Both the position numbers and the translations under genes were made by a program. 33,410 nt of DNA from a virus (taxonomy: Duplodnaviria > Caudoviricetes): positions 1 to 33,410 of IMG/VR virus record IMGVR_UViG_3300020045_008688. One strand, written 5' to 3'. Below, one piece after another: positions 8,201 to 17,165 of the stretch; position 1 is the stretch's first letter; each line of letters begins with the position of its first letter. The notes under the pieces were generated by a model. The model searched no databases, was not told where the DNA came from, and saw nothing but the letters and a program-made list of their open reading frames with translations.

Positions 8201-8267
8201 CATCGCTTTAAAGTAATATTCATCTTTTCCAAAGTCGAAAGAACTTTTGAAAAGGAAAAAACGAAGT

Positions 8268-9410
8268 ATGATTTACAAGAAAATTGATAAGAATAAGGCG
8301 CAATGCAAATTGTATGGGAACATTGGTGACTGGATGACCAATGGTGAAACCTTTTCGCAAATGTTGGATGAAATTGCTGGAGCTGGTTATTCTCAACTTG
8401 AATTCAGGGAGCATTGCTATGGAGGTAGCGTGTTTGAGGGCAATGTAATGATGAACTCGGTGGAGTCTAGCGAGCTTGACATTAGTGTACTTGTAGAAGG
8501 GTTAGCCGCTTCAATGGGTTTCTTGTGGCTTATGTCAATACCCAAAGAAAAAGTAAGTATTTGCGAAAATGCTTTTGGAATGATACACCGGCCATCTTCG
8601 GTAACTATGGGTGATGCCGATGACCACTTGTCATCAGCTAATCTAATGAAAAGTATGGAAACGGATATGATAAAGAAAATATCTGTACGCTCCGGGATTG
8701 CTGAAGATGAAGTAAAAACAAAATGGTTTGATGGAAAGGATCACTGGTTGAACGCTGACGAAATGGTTAAGCATGGTTTTGCCGGTAAAAAAGTAAAGCC
8801 AGTTGCAGCATCTGTAAAGGCATTGGATAAACAAATAATAGAGAGTTCTACTCAAGAAACAATTTACGCCAGATTTGCAGCGGAGTTGGATAAAAACTTA
8901 GTTATAAACAAAAACAAAAAAATTATGAATTTAGCATTATTGATTGCAGCTTTTTCACTGACAGGTGTGACGGCTGAAAGCCCGGAAGCTGATGTTCTAG
9001 CAGCATTGCAGAAAAAGTTTCAGGCATTGAACGACAAAGTGACCAACATGGAAACTGAAGCGAAAGCAAAAGTTACAACAGCTATCAAGGCTGAACTTGA
9101 TGCTGCTCAGACTGCGGGTAAGTTTGTTCCAGGCGTTGGCCAGACAGTAGAAACCGTACGTGCAACTTATCAAACTATTGGTGAAACTGCCGGTATTGAT
9201 GCGCTTAAAACCGTATTGGCTGGTATGGGCGCAAAAACGCCTATTGCTTCTATGATTCGTACCGGTAGTCAACAGACTCCAGCTGCGGGTGTTCAAAACT
9301 GGGACTGGTATCAAAAGAACAATCCAAGTGCTTTGGAGGCAATGGAAAAAGAAGACCCTGACAATTTTAAAGAGTTGTACAAGGCTGAATACGGTACTTA
9401 TCCAGGATAA
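8268..9410 (+). CDS. ClpP-like prohead protease with C-terminal scaffold domain
   Basis: LYGNIG, GGSVFEG, GLAASMG (catalytic Ser), MIHRP (His), DHWLNADE...GFA; start MIYKK at 8268. Confidence 0.9.
   Translation: MIYKKIDKNKAQCKLYGNIGDWMTNGETFSQMLDEIAGAGYSQLEFREHCYGGSVFEGNVMMNSVESSELDISVLVEGLAASMGFLWLMSIPKEKVSICENAFGMIHRPSSVTMGDADDHLSSANLMKSMETDMIKKISVRSGIAEDEVKTKWFDGKDHWLNADEMVKHGFAGKKVKPVAASVKALDKQIIESSTQETIYARFAAELDKNLVINKNKKIMNLALLIAAFSLTGVTAESPEADVLAALQKKFQALNDKVTNMETEAKAKVTTAIKAELDAAQTAGKFVPGVGQTVETVRATYQTIGETAGIDALKTVLAGMGAKTPIASMIRTGSQQTPAAGVQNWDWYQKNNPSALEAMEKEDPDNFKELYKAEYGTYPG
8925..9410 (+). CDS. Putative nested in-frame scaffold protein (Mu Z / lambda Nu3-like)
   Basis: In-frame ATG preceded by A-rich ATAAACAAAAACAAAAAAATT, like other starts in the window; helical acidic product. 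Confidence 0.55.
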   Translation: MNLALLIAAFSLTGVTAESPEADVLAALQKKFQALNDKVTNMETEAKAKVTTAIKAELDAAQTAGKFVPGVGQTVETVRATYQTIGETAGIDALKTVLAGMGAKTPIASMIRTGSQQTPAAGVQNWDWYQKNNPSALEAMEKEDPDNFKELYKAEYGTYPG

Positions 9411-9416
9411 GAACCA

Positions 9417-9458
9417 CAGTTATCAGTTATCAATTATCAGTTGACAGTTACAAATTAA
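9417..9458 (+). repeat. Degenerate 7-bp tandem repeat (CAGTTAT)n
   Basis: CAGTTAT CAGTTAT CAATTAT CAGTTGA CAGTTAC AAATTAA between protease and capsid. Confidence 0.7.
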
Positions 9459-9484
9459 TTATTTACAAATACAATTTATTTACA

Positions 9485-10546
9485 ATGAAAACAAAATTAA
9501 TTTTATCAATTTTCACGTCGCTGCTTTTGGCAGTTGTTTTTGGAGGCTTTATTGCTTCTGCTGTAGGCTTACCGGCTTTACCGGTTATTTGTTTCTTGGG
9601 TGGTATTTCGTTTGTTCCTGGCTTGATGCCAAAGGGCGTGGCATGTGGTACAGTTTATCGCGAAGTGTGGACTAAACAGATAGTATCGGCTTTTGAGTCG
9701 GGACTTAAAGACACCTTCTTGGATGGTGTTACATCGTTTGACCAATACGTAACAGGTGATGAAGAAAGCCAGGTTATCCATGCGTCTTATTTTGGTGTAG
9801 AGCCTGATGTGCTTATAAATAACACTACTTATCCAATTCCGGTACAAGAATTAAACGGTTCTGATATTCCAATTGCCTTGGATAAATATCAAACTAAAGC
9901 TACGCCAATTACAGATGATGAACTTTTTGCGTTGGCTTACCCAAAAATGGCATTAGTAAAAGGGGCGCATAGTAAAGCAATGATTAAAAACCGTTTGAAA
10001 AAAGCGATTCACGCTTTTGGTCCTGCTGGACATACAACTGATACTCCGGTATTGTTGACAACCGGTGCGTTGGTGAATGGCCGTCGCCGTATGCTGTGGG
10101 ATGACGTAATTGCGCTTCGTCAAGCGTATGCTGATGCCAGTATTGAAATTGACGGTTTCCGCTTGGTACTTTGTGCTGACCACGTGAACGACTTGTTACT
10201 TGCCGAAAATTCTGACTTCAAGAAATTGTATGCAAATACAAAGGATGGTATTATCACCAACCAATTTGGTTTTGAAATTCGCGAGTACTCACAAAACCCA
10301 TATTACAATGCAACCACCAAGGTTAAGTTGTCATTTGGTGCTGTAGCTGCCGGAACTGATACCCGCGCATCGGTTTGTTTTCCTATTGAAAAAACAGGTA
10401 AGGCACTTGGTAAAACCTTGATGTATTATTCTGAGGCCAAAAACGATCCATTGACTCAACGTAACCTTATCAATTTCCGTAATTATTTTATTGCCTTGCC
10501 ATTGGTAGTAAAAGGTTTTGCAGCGATTGTTTCGGCTCGTTCATAG
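9485..10546 (+). CDS. Major capsid protein with hydrophobic N-terminal leader
   Basis: Follows protease/scaffold, 353 aa; E.WT, PDVLINNTTYPI, FGFEIREY, NFRNYFI.LP motifs typical of Bacteroidota Mu-like capsids. Confidence 0.8.
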   Translation: MKTKLILSIFTSLLLAVVFGGFIASAVGLPALPVICFLGGISFVPGLMPKGVACGTVYREVWTKQIVSAFESGLKDTFLDGVTSFDQYVTGDEESQVIHASYFGVEPDVLINNTTYPIPVQELNGSDIPIALDKYQTKATPITDDELFALAYPKMALVKGAHSKAMIKNRLKKAIHAFGPAGHTTDTPVLLTTGALVNGRRRMLWDDVIALRQAYADASIEIDGFRLVLCADHVNDLLLAENSDFKKLYANTKDGIITNQFGFEIREYSQNPYYNATTKVKLSFGAVAAGTDTRASVCFPIEKTGKALGKTLMYYSEAKNDPLTQRNLINFRNYFIALPLVVKGFAAIVSARS

Positions 10547-10561
10547 TCAATTTTCTAATAA

Positions 10562-10597
10562 ACTTTCCCAAAGTTGAAACAAACTTTGGGAAAGTTG
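10562..10597. repeat. Palindromic hairpin (REP-like or terminator) after capsid
   Basis: AACTTTCCCAAAGTT ... AACTTTGGGAAAGTT. Confidence 0.65.
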
Positions 10598-10655
10598 GAT
10601 TGGAAATGGGCTACTTTTTAAATAGACTTTACATTCACTTTAAACGATAACGGTT

Positions 10656-11012
10656 ATGTTGAAAATAACAACTGAACAAAAAAATAAAGGCATTGAGATT
10701 GGTCGCAAATTAGGACAATCGCAAATGTGGATTAATGAAAAAGGTGAGTATTTCACTAGTGACAACTTTGCATTGATTTCTGTAGGTAGCAACAAGGAGA
10801 AAGTTGGCATGATTGAGGTTACTGCTGAGGTTGCCAAAGTTGAGCAAACAACTGCAACCGGTACGGCTGTAGAATTGATTGCTGCCATTGATGCTGCCAC
10901 TGAGCTAGACGCTGTAGTGGCGATATTGGAAGCCGAAACGGCTGGTAAAAACAGAGCGACTGTGATTGCAGCTGCTGATGCAAAAATCGACCTTCTTAAA
11001 CTACCTGAATAA
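10656..11012 (+). CDS. Hypothetical virion protein (small helical C-terminal domain)
   Basis: ORF between capsid and sheath, TAATG-coupled to sheath. Confidence 0.7.
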   Translation: MLKITTEQKNKGIEIGRKLGQSQMWINEKGEYFTSDNFALISVGSNKEKVGMIEVTAEVAKVEQTTATGTAVELIAAIDAATELDAVVAILEAETAGKNRATVIAAADAKIDLLKLPE

Positions 11013-12229
11013 TGAGCTCGTTACGTGGAATAACTTTAACCGAAGGTAAAATCGGAAACAACGTATCTGGTGAAAGTCGTGAATTCGGCTTAATCGGAGG
11101 CGGAGTTGCAGTGGTCGGTAAGGCGCAATTGGATGTGGTTTATAAGTTGCAACGACCTTCTGACGCTGTGGCGTTGGGAATCACAGCAGCTTATGATACT
11201 ACAAACGATGTGCGTTTGTACCGTCACATTTCCGAATTTTACCGCATGGCGGGTGAGGGTAAAACCTTACGCATACTGTTGGTGGCAAAAACCAACACGC
11301 CTGTAATGATGTGCGAAAAAGCCAAAGCGTTGGTTGTAGAATCGGGTGCAATATCTGATATTGCATTTGCCTTTAACCCTGAAACTGCCTATGTAGAAAC
11401 ATTGGTGGATGGACTGAATGCCGATGTGAAACTTGGTATTCCAGCAATGCAAATCTTTGCAGATTGGTGTGATACACACGATATGCCATTGCATACTATT
11501 TTGGAAGGTCGCGGCATTAGCGATACACTTTCGGCTTTGGCCGATTTGCGCTTGTTGACGGCTCAAAAAGTAACGGTGGTGACTGGACAAGACTGGACTT
11601 ATGCCGATGGGCTTTCTACGCTAGGCAAAAAGTTTGCTGATGTTGGTACGTTCCTGGGCTGCATAGCTTCTCAAGCTTGGAATAGAAACCCGGGTGAAGT
11701 AGCAACACAAAACCTGACTAATGCAACATTGAGTTCTTGGATTACGGGTGGTTTGAGCAATCATAAAAAATACACAGAGGTGTATGAAAGCTTGGAGGCC
11801 ATGAATGCAAAAGGCTATGTGTTTCCAATTAAATATACCGGATTAAGCGGTTATTGGTGGAATGATGGTCACACTTGTGTAGCCATTGTACTGGATGCTG
11901 CTGGGAACATGAACCAACACACTATTTACTATAGTCATACAATGGATATGGCTAAGCGTGCGTTGCGATTGGCTTATTTGCCTGAAGTGAAAAAGCCTGT
12001 GGAACTGGAAGCCGGTAAACTTCCATCTGGTATAGTTGGGTATTACAATGCCATTGGCAACGAGGTATTCAAGTTTTTAGCTGGTAAAGGCCTTATCTCT
12101 GATGGTGATGCTTCGACTGATGCAAACAGTGATTTACTGATTGCAAAAGTACTTAATGTGTCGTTTGGTGTTGTGCCAACTGGTTGTGTGAATGAAATTA
12201 TTGGTACAATTAACCTCAAAAGCAATTAA
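11012..12229 (+). CDS. Tail sheath protein (DUF2586-like)
   Basis: HISEFYRMAG, KGYVF...Y.G.SGYWWND.HT, V.FGVVP.G....I...I; upstream of tube. Confidence 0.85.
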   Translation: MSSLRGITLTEGKIGNNVSGESREFGLIGGGVAVVGKAQLDVVYKLQRPSDAVALGITAAYDTTNDVRLYRHISEFYRMAGEGKTLRILLVAKTNTPVMMCEKAKALVVESGAISDIAFAFNPETAYVETLVDGLNADVKLGIPAMQIFADWCDTHDMPLHTILEGRGISDTLSALADLRLLTAQKVTVVTGQDWTYADGLSTLGKKFADVGTFLGCIASQAWNRNPGEVATQNLTNATLSSWITGGLSNHKKYTEVYESLEAMNAKGYVFPIKYTGLSGYWWNDGHTCVAIVLDAAGNMNQHTIYYSHTMDMAKRALRLAYLPEVKKPVELEAGKLPSGIVGYYNAIGNEVFKFLAGKGLISDGDASTDANSDLLIAKVLNVSFGVVPTGCVNEIIGTINLKSN

Positions 12230-12231
12230 TT

Positions 12232-12654
12232 ATGTCACGAGTAAGAAGAATGGGTGAGTTATACTCATCGGGCGATGTTACGATAACCGTTGCCGGTATG
12301 TTCGACGTGAACCCTAACGGTATTGAGTATGGTTACGAATATGCTCACGAATACGGAAAGGGAATAAAACGTGAACCGCAAGGTTGGCGCATGGGAGCCA
12401 AAGAAATGAGTTCTAAAATTACACTTCCACTTGATGTGGTAGCTCAGTTTGAAAAATTTGCTCCTGGTGGTGACCTTGCAAAAATCCGTCCGTTTCCTAT
12501 CAATATTGTTTTTGCAAATTCGGAAAACGAATTGATTCACGACCTCGTGATTGCAAAATTCAAAGGCAATAAGCGTAGCGTGACTGGCGATGGCGAACTG
12601 GAAAATGAATTCGATTTATTTACACTTGATGTTCAAATGAATATTGGATTGTAA
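12232..12654 (+). CDS. Tail tube protein
   Basis: 140-aa beta-rich protein after sheath; I.Y.......YG.G...P.G...G, PF.I.I.F. Confidence 0.8.
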   Translation: MSRVRRMGELYSSGDVTITVAGMFDVNPNGIEYGYEYAHEYGKGIKREPQGWRMGAKEMSSKITLPLDVVAQFEKFAPGGDLAKIRPFPINIVFANSENELIHDLVIAKFKGNKRSVTGDGELENEFDLFTLDVQMNIGL

Positions 12655-12667
12655 ATCTATAATTAAT

Positions 12668-12742
12668 GAGACGGTGTACGCACCGTCTCTACTTTAAAAC
12701 AAGTTTAAAAATAATAATAAGAGACAGAATCGGAATTCTGTC
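12668..12742. repeat. Two short REP-like hairpins
   Basis: GAGACGGTG-TACG-CACCGTCTC (12668-12689) and GACAGAAT-CGGA-ATTCTGTC (12723-12742). Confidence 0.6.
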
Positions 12743-12764
12743 ATCCAATTAAAAAGCAAACACA

Positions 12765-13112
12765 ATGAAAAAAAATGAAGAAATTGTATTGCCGGAAGGC
12801 ATTACCCAAACCATGATTGATGAAGCAAAAGCAAAGCATGGTAGTGATAAAGTAAGAATTATTGAGCTCCCGCTTGATGATGATGCAACATCTTATAAGG
12901 CCATTTTAGCCTGTGTTCCTACTCGTACGGTTGTAGGACAATATCGCCGTTATGCTGACACAGACCCCAAAAAAGCCGATGAAATATTGGTGAAAGCTTG
13001 TACGCTGTCTTCCAAAGATGAAGTGTTGGCCGATGATGGTTTGTTCTACGGAGCATTGACAGGCATTGCAGAACTGATACCCGTTAGAAAGGCTATCGTA
13101 AAAAACTGCTAG
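12765..13112 (+). CDS. Tail assembly chaperone (lambda G-like)
   Basis: Small acidic protein after tube, ending in slippery A_AAA_AAC. Confidence 0.8.
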   Translation: MKKNEEIVLPEGITQTMIDEAKAKHGSDKVRIIELPLDDDATSYKAILACVPTRTVVGQYRRYADTDPKKADEILVKACTLSSKDEVLADDGLFYGALTGIAELIPVRKAIVKNC

Positions 13113-13306
13113 AGCAGTCGCCATCTATAAAGCCTCTAAAAGAGGCTGACGGCTGCGAAATTGAAGAAATATTACAAATGTTTGATGCCATGATACGCTA
13201 TTTCTTTAAAGAAAACCCTGACGAATTGAGCGATGAAGAATACGTTCGCCGGGTGAAAGAAATGCGTTGGTTGAGCGAAGAGGGATTTACCAAAGTAAAG
13301 GTATAA
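12765..13306 (+). CDS. Frameshifted tail assembly chaperone (GT-like), -1 shift at 13100-13106
   Basis: -1 frame continues LLEQSPSIKPLKEADGCEIEEILQMFDAMIRYFFKENPDELSDEEYVRRVKEMRWLSEEGFTKVKV* to TAA 13304-13306; downstream stem-loop. Confidence 0.8.
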
Positions 13307-13310
13307 AAAT

Positions 13311-13907
13311 ATGATATTTGATTTTAAAGGACGTTTTGAAGCTGCTTTTGGCTATATGGCTGGCAATGTTGCCTCGAAACTAATTGAAGGTGGATTTGGG
13401 GATGTAGTAAATGACAACTCCGGTTTTGATTTGGCGGTGTATGTGCTTGACAAGTCGTCGACCTTTGATGAAGTTTTACTATATCGCGACAAAGAAGAAT
13501 ACTTATTTGCATACCGTTCTTTGAATGATGATAATAAAGATGTGTTTGCTTCCCCGCCAATGTTGAGCCTGAAAAGGGCTAAAAAGTTAGTAATAACACC
13601 AATCGACAACTCAGATATAGAAGTGGTGGAACGTTACGGAACTGAGCCTTGGGAAATAACTTGGCGGGGTTTGCTTATAGACATGGAGAATCACGAGTTC
13701 CCAATTGACAAGATGGAAACCTTGAGTAAAATATTTGATGAAAATGGAGCTTGGAATGTGGCAAGCGAGATACTTCAAAAGGTGGGTATTGAGGCTATTT
13801 ACATTCAAAACATAAGTATTGATTTTGTAGAGGGTTTTGAAGATACAATTAGTTATCAACTTACAACACGACAAATTAAACCACTGGAATACCAACTCAT
13901 AAATTAG
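13311..13907 (+). CDS. DUF6046-like tail/baseplate protein (putative tube initiator)
   Basis: K.LV.T.I......VVE.....WEI...G motif; lies before baseplate hub. Confidence 0.7.
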   Translation: MIFDFKGRFEAAFGYMAGNVASKLIEGGFGDVVNDNSGFDLAVYVLDKSSTFDEVLLYRDKEEYLFAYRSLNDDNKDVFASPPMLSLKRAKKLVITPIDNSDIEVVERYGTEPWEITWRGLLIDMENHEFPIDKMETLSKIFDENGAWNVASEILQKVGIEAIYIQNISIDFVEGFEDTISYQLTTRQIKPLEYQLIN

Positions 13908-13912
13908 TCATT

Positions 13913-14893
13913 ATGCTGATGTATTTGAATATGGCCTCGCGGGTCACTTTGGGTAAAGTATTTTTAAACAACATATCAGAGTTTGAAATTAGTGAAAACG
14001 TGCTCGAAATGTCGAACACTGCAAAGATTACCATACCGCGTAATTATGCAAAGCTGGCTGATAAACCTATTTTGGAGCAATTTAAAGTGGGTGATAAAAT
14101 GGAAATAAAGTGTGGCTATTATTTGGACAAATCGGATGCCGGAACATTTGTATCTGAGTTTACCGGGTATATTCAAGAAATTGAAAGTGATTTTCCACTG
14201 GTTATTCATTGTGAAGATGAATCGTATGTGCTGAGACAAACCAATTTTATAAAGTCGTACAAAGCAGCAACGCTCAAGCAAATACTTGGTGACATAATTC
14301 CTGCGGGTATCACTTTTGAATGTCCAGACGTAAACGTTGGAAAATATCAGATTGACAAAGCAAGTGCCTACACGGTACTGAATGATTTAGTAAAGAATTA
14401 CGGATTGTATAGCCGGCTAAACGGTTCGCACCTGAAGGTTGGGTTGGCTTATGATTTTGTTGGCAAATCGGCAGTTCATCAATATGAGATACATGCCAAT
14501 GTAAAGAAAAATGAACTGAAGTACAAGCGTGCCATTGATTTTAAAATGCGATTTAAGGCAGTGGCCACAAATCCAAACGGAAAAAAGACAACGGTAACCA
14601 TTGGCAGTACCGAAACGGATGCATCGGAACGCACATTGAATTTTGCAGGACCGATGACAGAAACGCAACTGAAGGAAGCTGCAAAGGGTGTAATGGCTAA
14701 AGCGGTGTACGATGGTTATACTGGTTCAATAACAGGTTTTGGAACTCCACGCACCCATGCCGGTGATGCATTGAAATTGATTGACAAACTAGAACCGGAA
14801 CGTGCCGGAACTTACCTGATTGAAAAGGTAGACATCACGTATAATGAAAGCGAGGGCTTTCAGCGAAAAAATACATTGAGTTATAAAGTTTAA
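13913..14893 (+). CDS. Baseplate hub protein (Mu gp44 / P2 gpD-like)
   Basis: TAKITIP, F.VGD...I..GY, F.GYI, I.CED, GY.GSITGFG.P, GTYLIEKV. Confidence 0.85.
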   Translation: MLMYLNMASRVTLGKVFLNNISEFEISENVLEMSNTAKITIPRNYAKLADKPILEQFKVGDKMEIKCGYYLDKSDAGTFVSEFTGYIQEIESDFPLVIHCEDESYVLRQTNFIKSYKAATLKQILGDIIPAGITFECPDVNVGKYQIDKASAYTVLNDLVKNYGLYSRLNGSHLKVGLAYDFVGKSAVHQYEIHANVKKNELKYKRAIDFKMRFKAVATNPNGKKTTVTIGSTETDASERTLNFAGPMTETQLKEAAKGVMAKAVYDGYTGSITGFGTPRTHAGDALKLIDKLEPERAGTYLIEKVDITYNESEGFQRKNTLSYKV

Positions 14894-14895
14894 TA

Positions 14896-14917
14896 ACCCC
14901 TAACCCCTAAAGGGGAA
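14896..14917 (+). repeat. Short dispersed repeat AACCCCTAACCCCT(A/G)AAGGGGAA, copy 1
   Basis: Near-identical copy at about 22884-22906; both lie at gene 3' ends. Confidence 0.6.
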
Positions 14918-15049
14918 TAAGACCAAGTTTGCATGTTTGATTTACTTTGTTGTAAGGCCTTTTAATTGAACAGTGGTTAGAACGTAGGACTTTGGGTGGT
15001 AGAGTTGATTAGAAAAGAGTTTAAAGCGGTTTTAAAGTAGATTATAAAC

Positions 15050-15595
15050 ATGGGAGCATTAGAGGACGCCATCGCACTGGCCATTAAGGCGCAGGTTGCC
15101 CGGTTGAACTTTGAGCAGGTTCTTACTGGCACGGTAAAAGAAGTGGGTGAAACAACCTGCACAGTGGAACGTACCAATGCTCCCACGATTTATGAAGTAC
15201 GATTGAACGCTATTGATGACGATTTACAAAGTTATGTAACTATTTACCCAGTGGTGGGTAGTTCAGTGATAGTTGGCATTATTGAGGGTTTGAAAACTGA
15301 AGCTGTTGTTTTGCGGTGTTCGGAGGTCGCTCAGGTGAAGATGAAAATTGGCGAACAAACGTTGGTACTGGATAAGGATGGGGTGGTTTTTAATGGTGGT
15401 GAAAACAAAGGATTGGTAAAGGTTACTGAAATGGTAACATGGATGCAAACGGTTTATACTGATTTGCAGACATTGAAAACACAATTAGCTACGCATCCGG
15501 TTGCTGGTAATACAGCACCTTTGGCTTTGGTTTTTGTTCCTGGTACTACCAATCCAACAGTAAATAATATGCAAGACTCTAAAATTAAACACTGA
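15050..15595 (+). CDS. Baseplate spike (gpV/Mu gp45-like)
   Basis: OB-fold-like GTV..V....C.V, VRL, P.VGS.V.V; FNGG...GLVK; ends KIKH. Confidence 0.8.
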   Translation: MGALEDAIALAIKAQVARLNFEQVLTGTVKEVGETTCTVERTNAPTIYEVRLNAIDDDLQSYVTIYPVVGSSVIVGIIEGLKTEAVVLRCSEVAQVKMKIGEQTLVLDKDGVVFNGGENKGLVKVTEMVTWMQTVYTDLQTLKTQLATHPVAGNTAPLALVFVPGTTNPTVNNMQDSKIKH

Positions 15596-15909
15596 TGAAC
15601 GGAATACTACTTGACGAAAACTTTGAACTGGCTATAAACGTGGTGCGTGATGATAATGGTTTGATTGTGTCTGGTATTCAGGTTGGAAACATAGACTATC
15701 AACGTGTACGCATGATTCTGTTAGCGCAAAAGGGTGAATTTAAAGAGTTTCCTACTTTGGGTTTTGGTATTGATAGTTACTTAAAGTCTAATGTACAGGC
15801 AGTGAAACAACGATTTGTAAACGAAATGACCAAGGAGCTGAAAAGCGATGGCATGAATGCTAAGGTGACAGTTGGTAGTAAATTGAGTGAGTTTAGTGTA
15901 GAAATATAA
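15595..15909 (+). CDS. Baseplate wedge/sheath initiator (gp25/gpW-like)
   Basis: GEFKEFPTLGFGI motif; follows spike. Confidence 0.75.
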   Translation: MNGILLDENFELAINVVRDDNGLIVSGIQVGNIDYQRVRMILLAQKGEFKEFPTLGFGIDSYLKSNVQAVKQRFVNEMTKELKSDGMNAKVTVGSKLSEFSVEI

Positions 15910-15924
15910 TATAAATCAAACATT

Positions 15925-16335
15925 ATGGCAGACTATAAATCAGCAATAAAGCATGTACTTCTTAGTGAAGGTGGCTATGTCAATGACCCTACTGATGCGG
16001 GTGGTGAAACATATAAGGGTATCAGTCGTAAGAACTGGCCAGGATGGGTAGGTTGGTTGATAATTGATTCTGAAAAGAAAAAAAACAATTTCCACAAAGT
16101 TTTAAATTCTAATGAATTACTTACAGAATCGGTAATAAAATTTTACAAGATGTATTTTTGGGACAAAGTTGGTGGTGATATGATTGCTAGTCAAACTATT
16201 GCAAACCTGTTGGTTGATTCGGCAGTAAATGAGGGTGTTCGTCCGGCTGTAAAGAGAGCGCAAAAAATAGTATTAATGGCCGAAACGGGGGTAATAAGTC
16301 CTGAATTGGTTGAAAAATTGGGGGCTTTGGTATGA
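15925..16335 (+). CDS. Endolysin, glycoside hydrolase family 108
   Basis: EGGYVNDP.D.GGETY.GI, FY...FWD, D.AVN.G. Confidence 0.92.
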   Translation: MADYKSAIKHVLLSEGGYVNDPTDAGGETYKGISRKNWPGWVGWLIIDSEKKKNNFHKVLNSNELLTESVIKFYKMYFWDKVGGDMIASQTIANLLVDSAVNEGVRPAVKRAQKIVLMAETGVISPELVEKLGALV

Positions 16336-16604
16336 AAAAGATAGTCTTTTTATTGCTTTTTATTCCTGGTATTTGCTTTTCGCAAAAATCAACAAAATCA
16401 GAGAGTTGCGTAATTCTCAATCACAGGATCCTCGAGTTACAAGACTCAATTGCAAAGTTGAACAAACGCCCGGTAATGAGTGCTGACCAATTTGAGCGGC
16501 TGTACAAGTATGAACGGCTTCTGAAGTACTATAAGATATGCAAAAGAAAGCCAACACAGTGGAAATATTATAAGGGTTGGTCAACGAGAGTTTTTGAATT
16601 ATAA
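16332..16604 (+). CDS. Small exported protein in lysis cassette
   Basis: Signal peptide MKKIVFLLLFIPGICFSQ, coiled coil, basic C-terminus; ATGA overlap with endolysin. Confidence 0.65.
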   Translation: MKKIVFLLLFIPGICFSQKSTKSESCVILNHRILELQDSIAKLNKRPVMSADQFERLYKYERLLKYYKICKRKPTQWKYYKGWSTRVFEL

Positions 16605-16616
16605 CATTACAGAATT

Positions 16617-17165
16617 ATGAATAATTATTTTACAAAGTTCTTAGCAGCCTACGATTACGGTAGTTTTCGCGAATTCTCATTGTCTGTATTCCCTACTTTC
16701 AAGTACGAGCTTCAGGGCTTAATGATGTTGGTATCGTTTGTGAGCGGAACGGTAAACTACTTTTTTGGAATTCAACCGGCTTTGGCTTTTGCCATGTTTG
16801 TTGCCGTGATTGTGGAGGTTTGGACTGGAATCGAAGCATCGCGTAAGCTTGGTAAAAAGTTTGAGAGCTTCAGGTTCTCGAGGTGCGTGATTAAAATTGG
16901 CATTTGGTTGATTATACTTTATATTATTCACGCTTTTGAAAAGGAATACGAGTCCAGGACCAACCTTATACAAATGGCTGCATACGCTTTTTTTAATTTT
17001 GTGTATGTTGTTGCATTGACTGGCTTCCTGGTCGAATACGTAACATCGATACTTGAGAATGTGGCCGTGCTGCAAAATAAGCCTAAAACACAAATAATTG
17101 AAGCCATTCAAAGCGGATGGAGTCGCTTTACAGATTCTATAAAATCAAAGAAAAATGAAAACTAA
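16617..17165 (+). CDS. Holin
   Basis: 3-4 TM segments, TGI.AS...G..F.S.RF.R...K, E...SILEN motifs. Confidence 0.8.
   Translation: MNNYFTKFLAAYDYGSFREFSLSVFPTFKYELQGLMMLVSFVSGTVNYFFGIQPALAFAMFVAVIVEVWTGIEASRKLGKKFESFRFSRCVIKIGIWLIILYIIHAFEKEYESRTNLIQMAAYAFFNFVYVVALTGFLVEYVTSILENVAVLQNKPKTQIIEAIQSGWSRFTDSIKSKKNEN

Noticed and set aside
14918-15049. ~130-bp gap between hub and spike as hidden gene or RNA
   Set aside because: No convincing ORF, promoter box or stable stem found by eye
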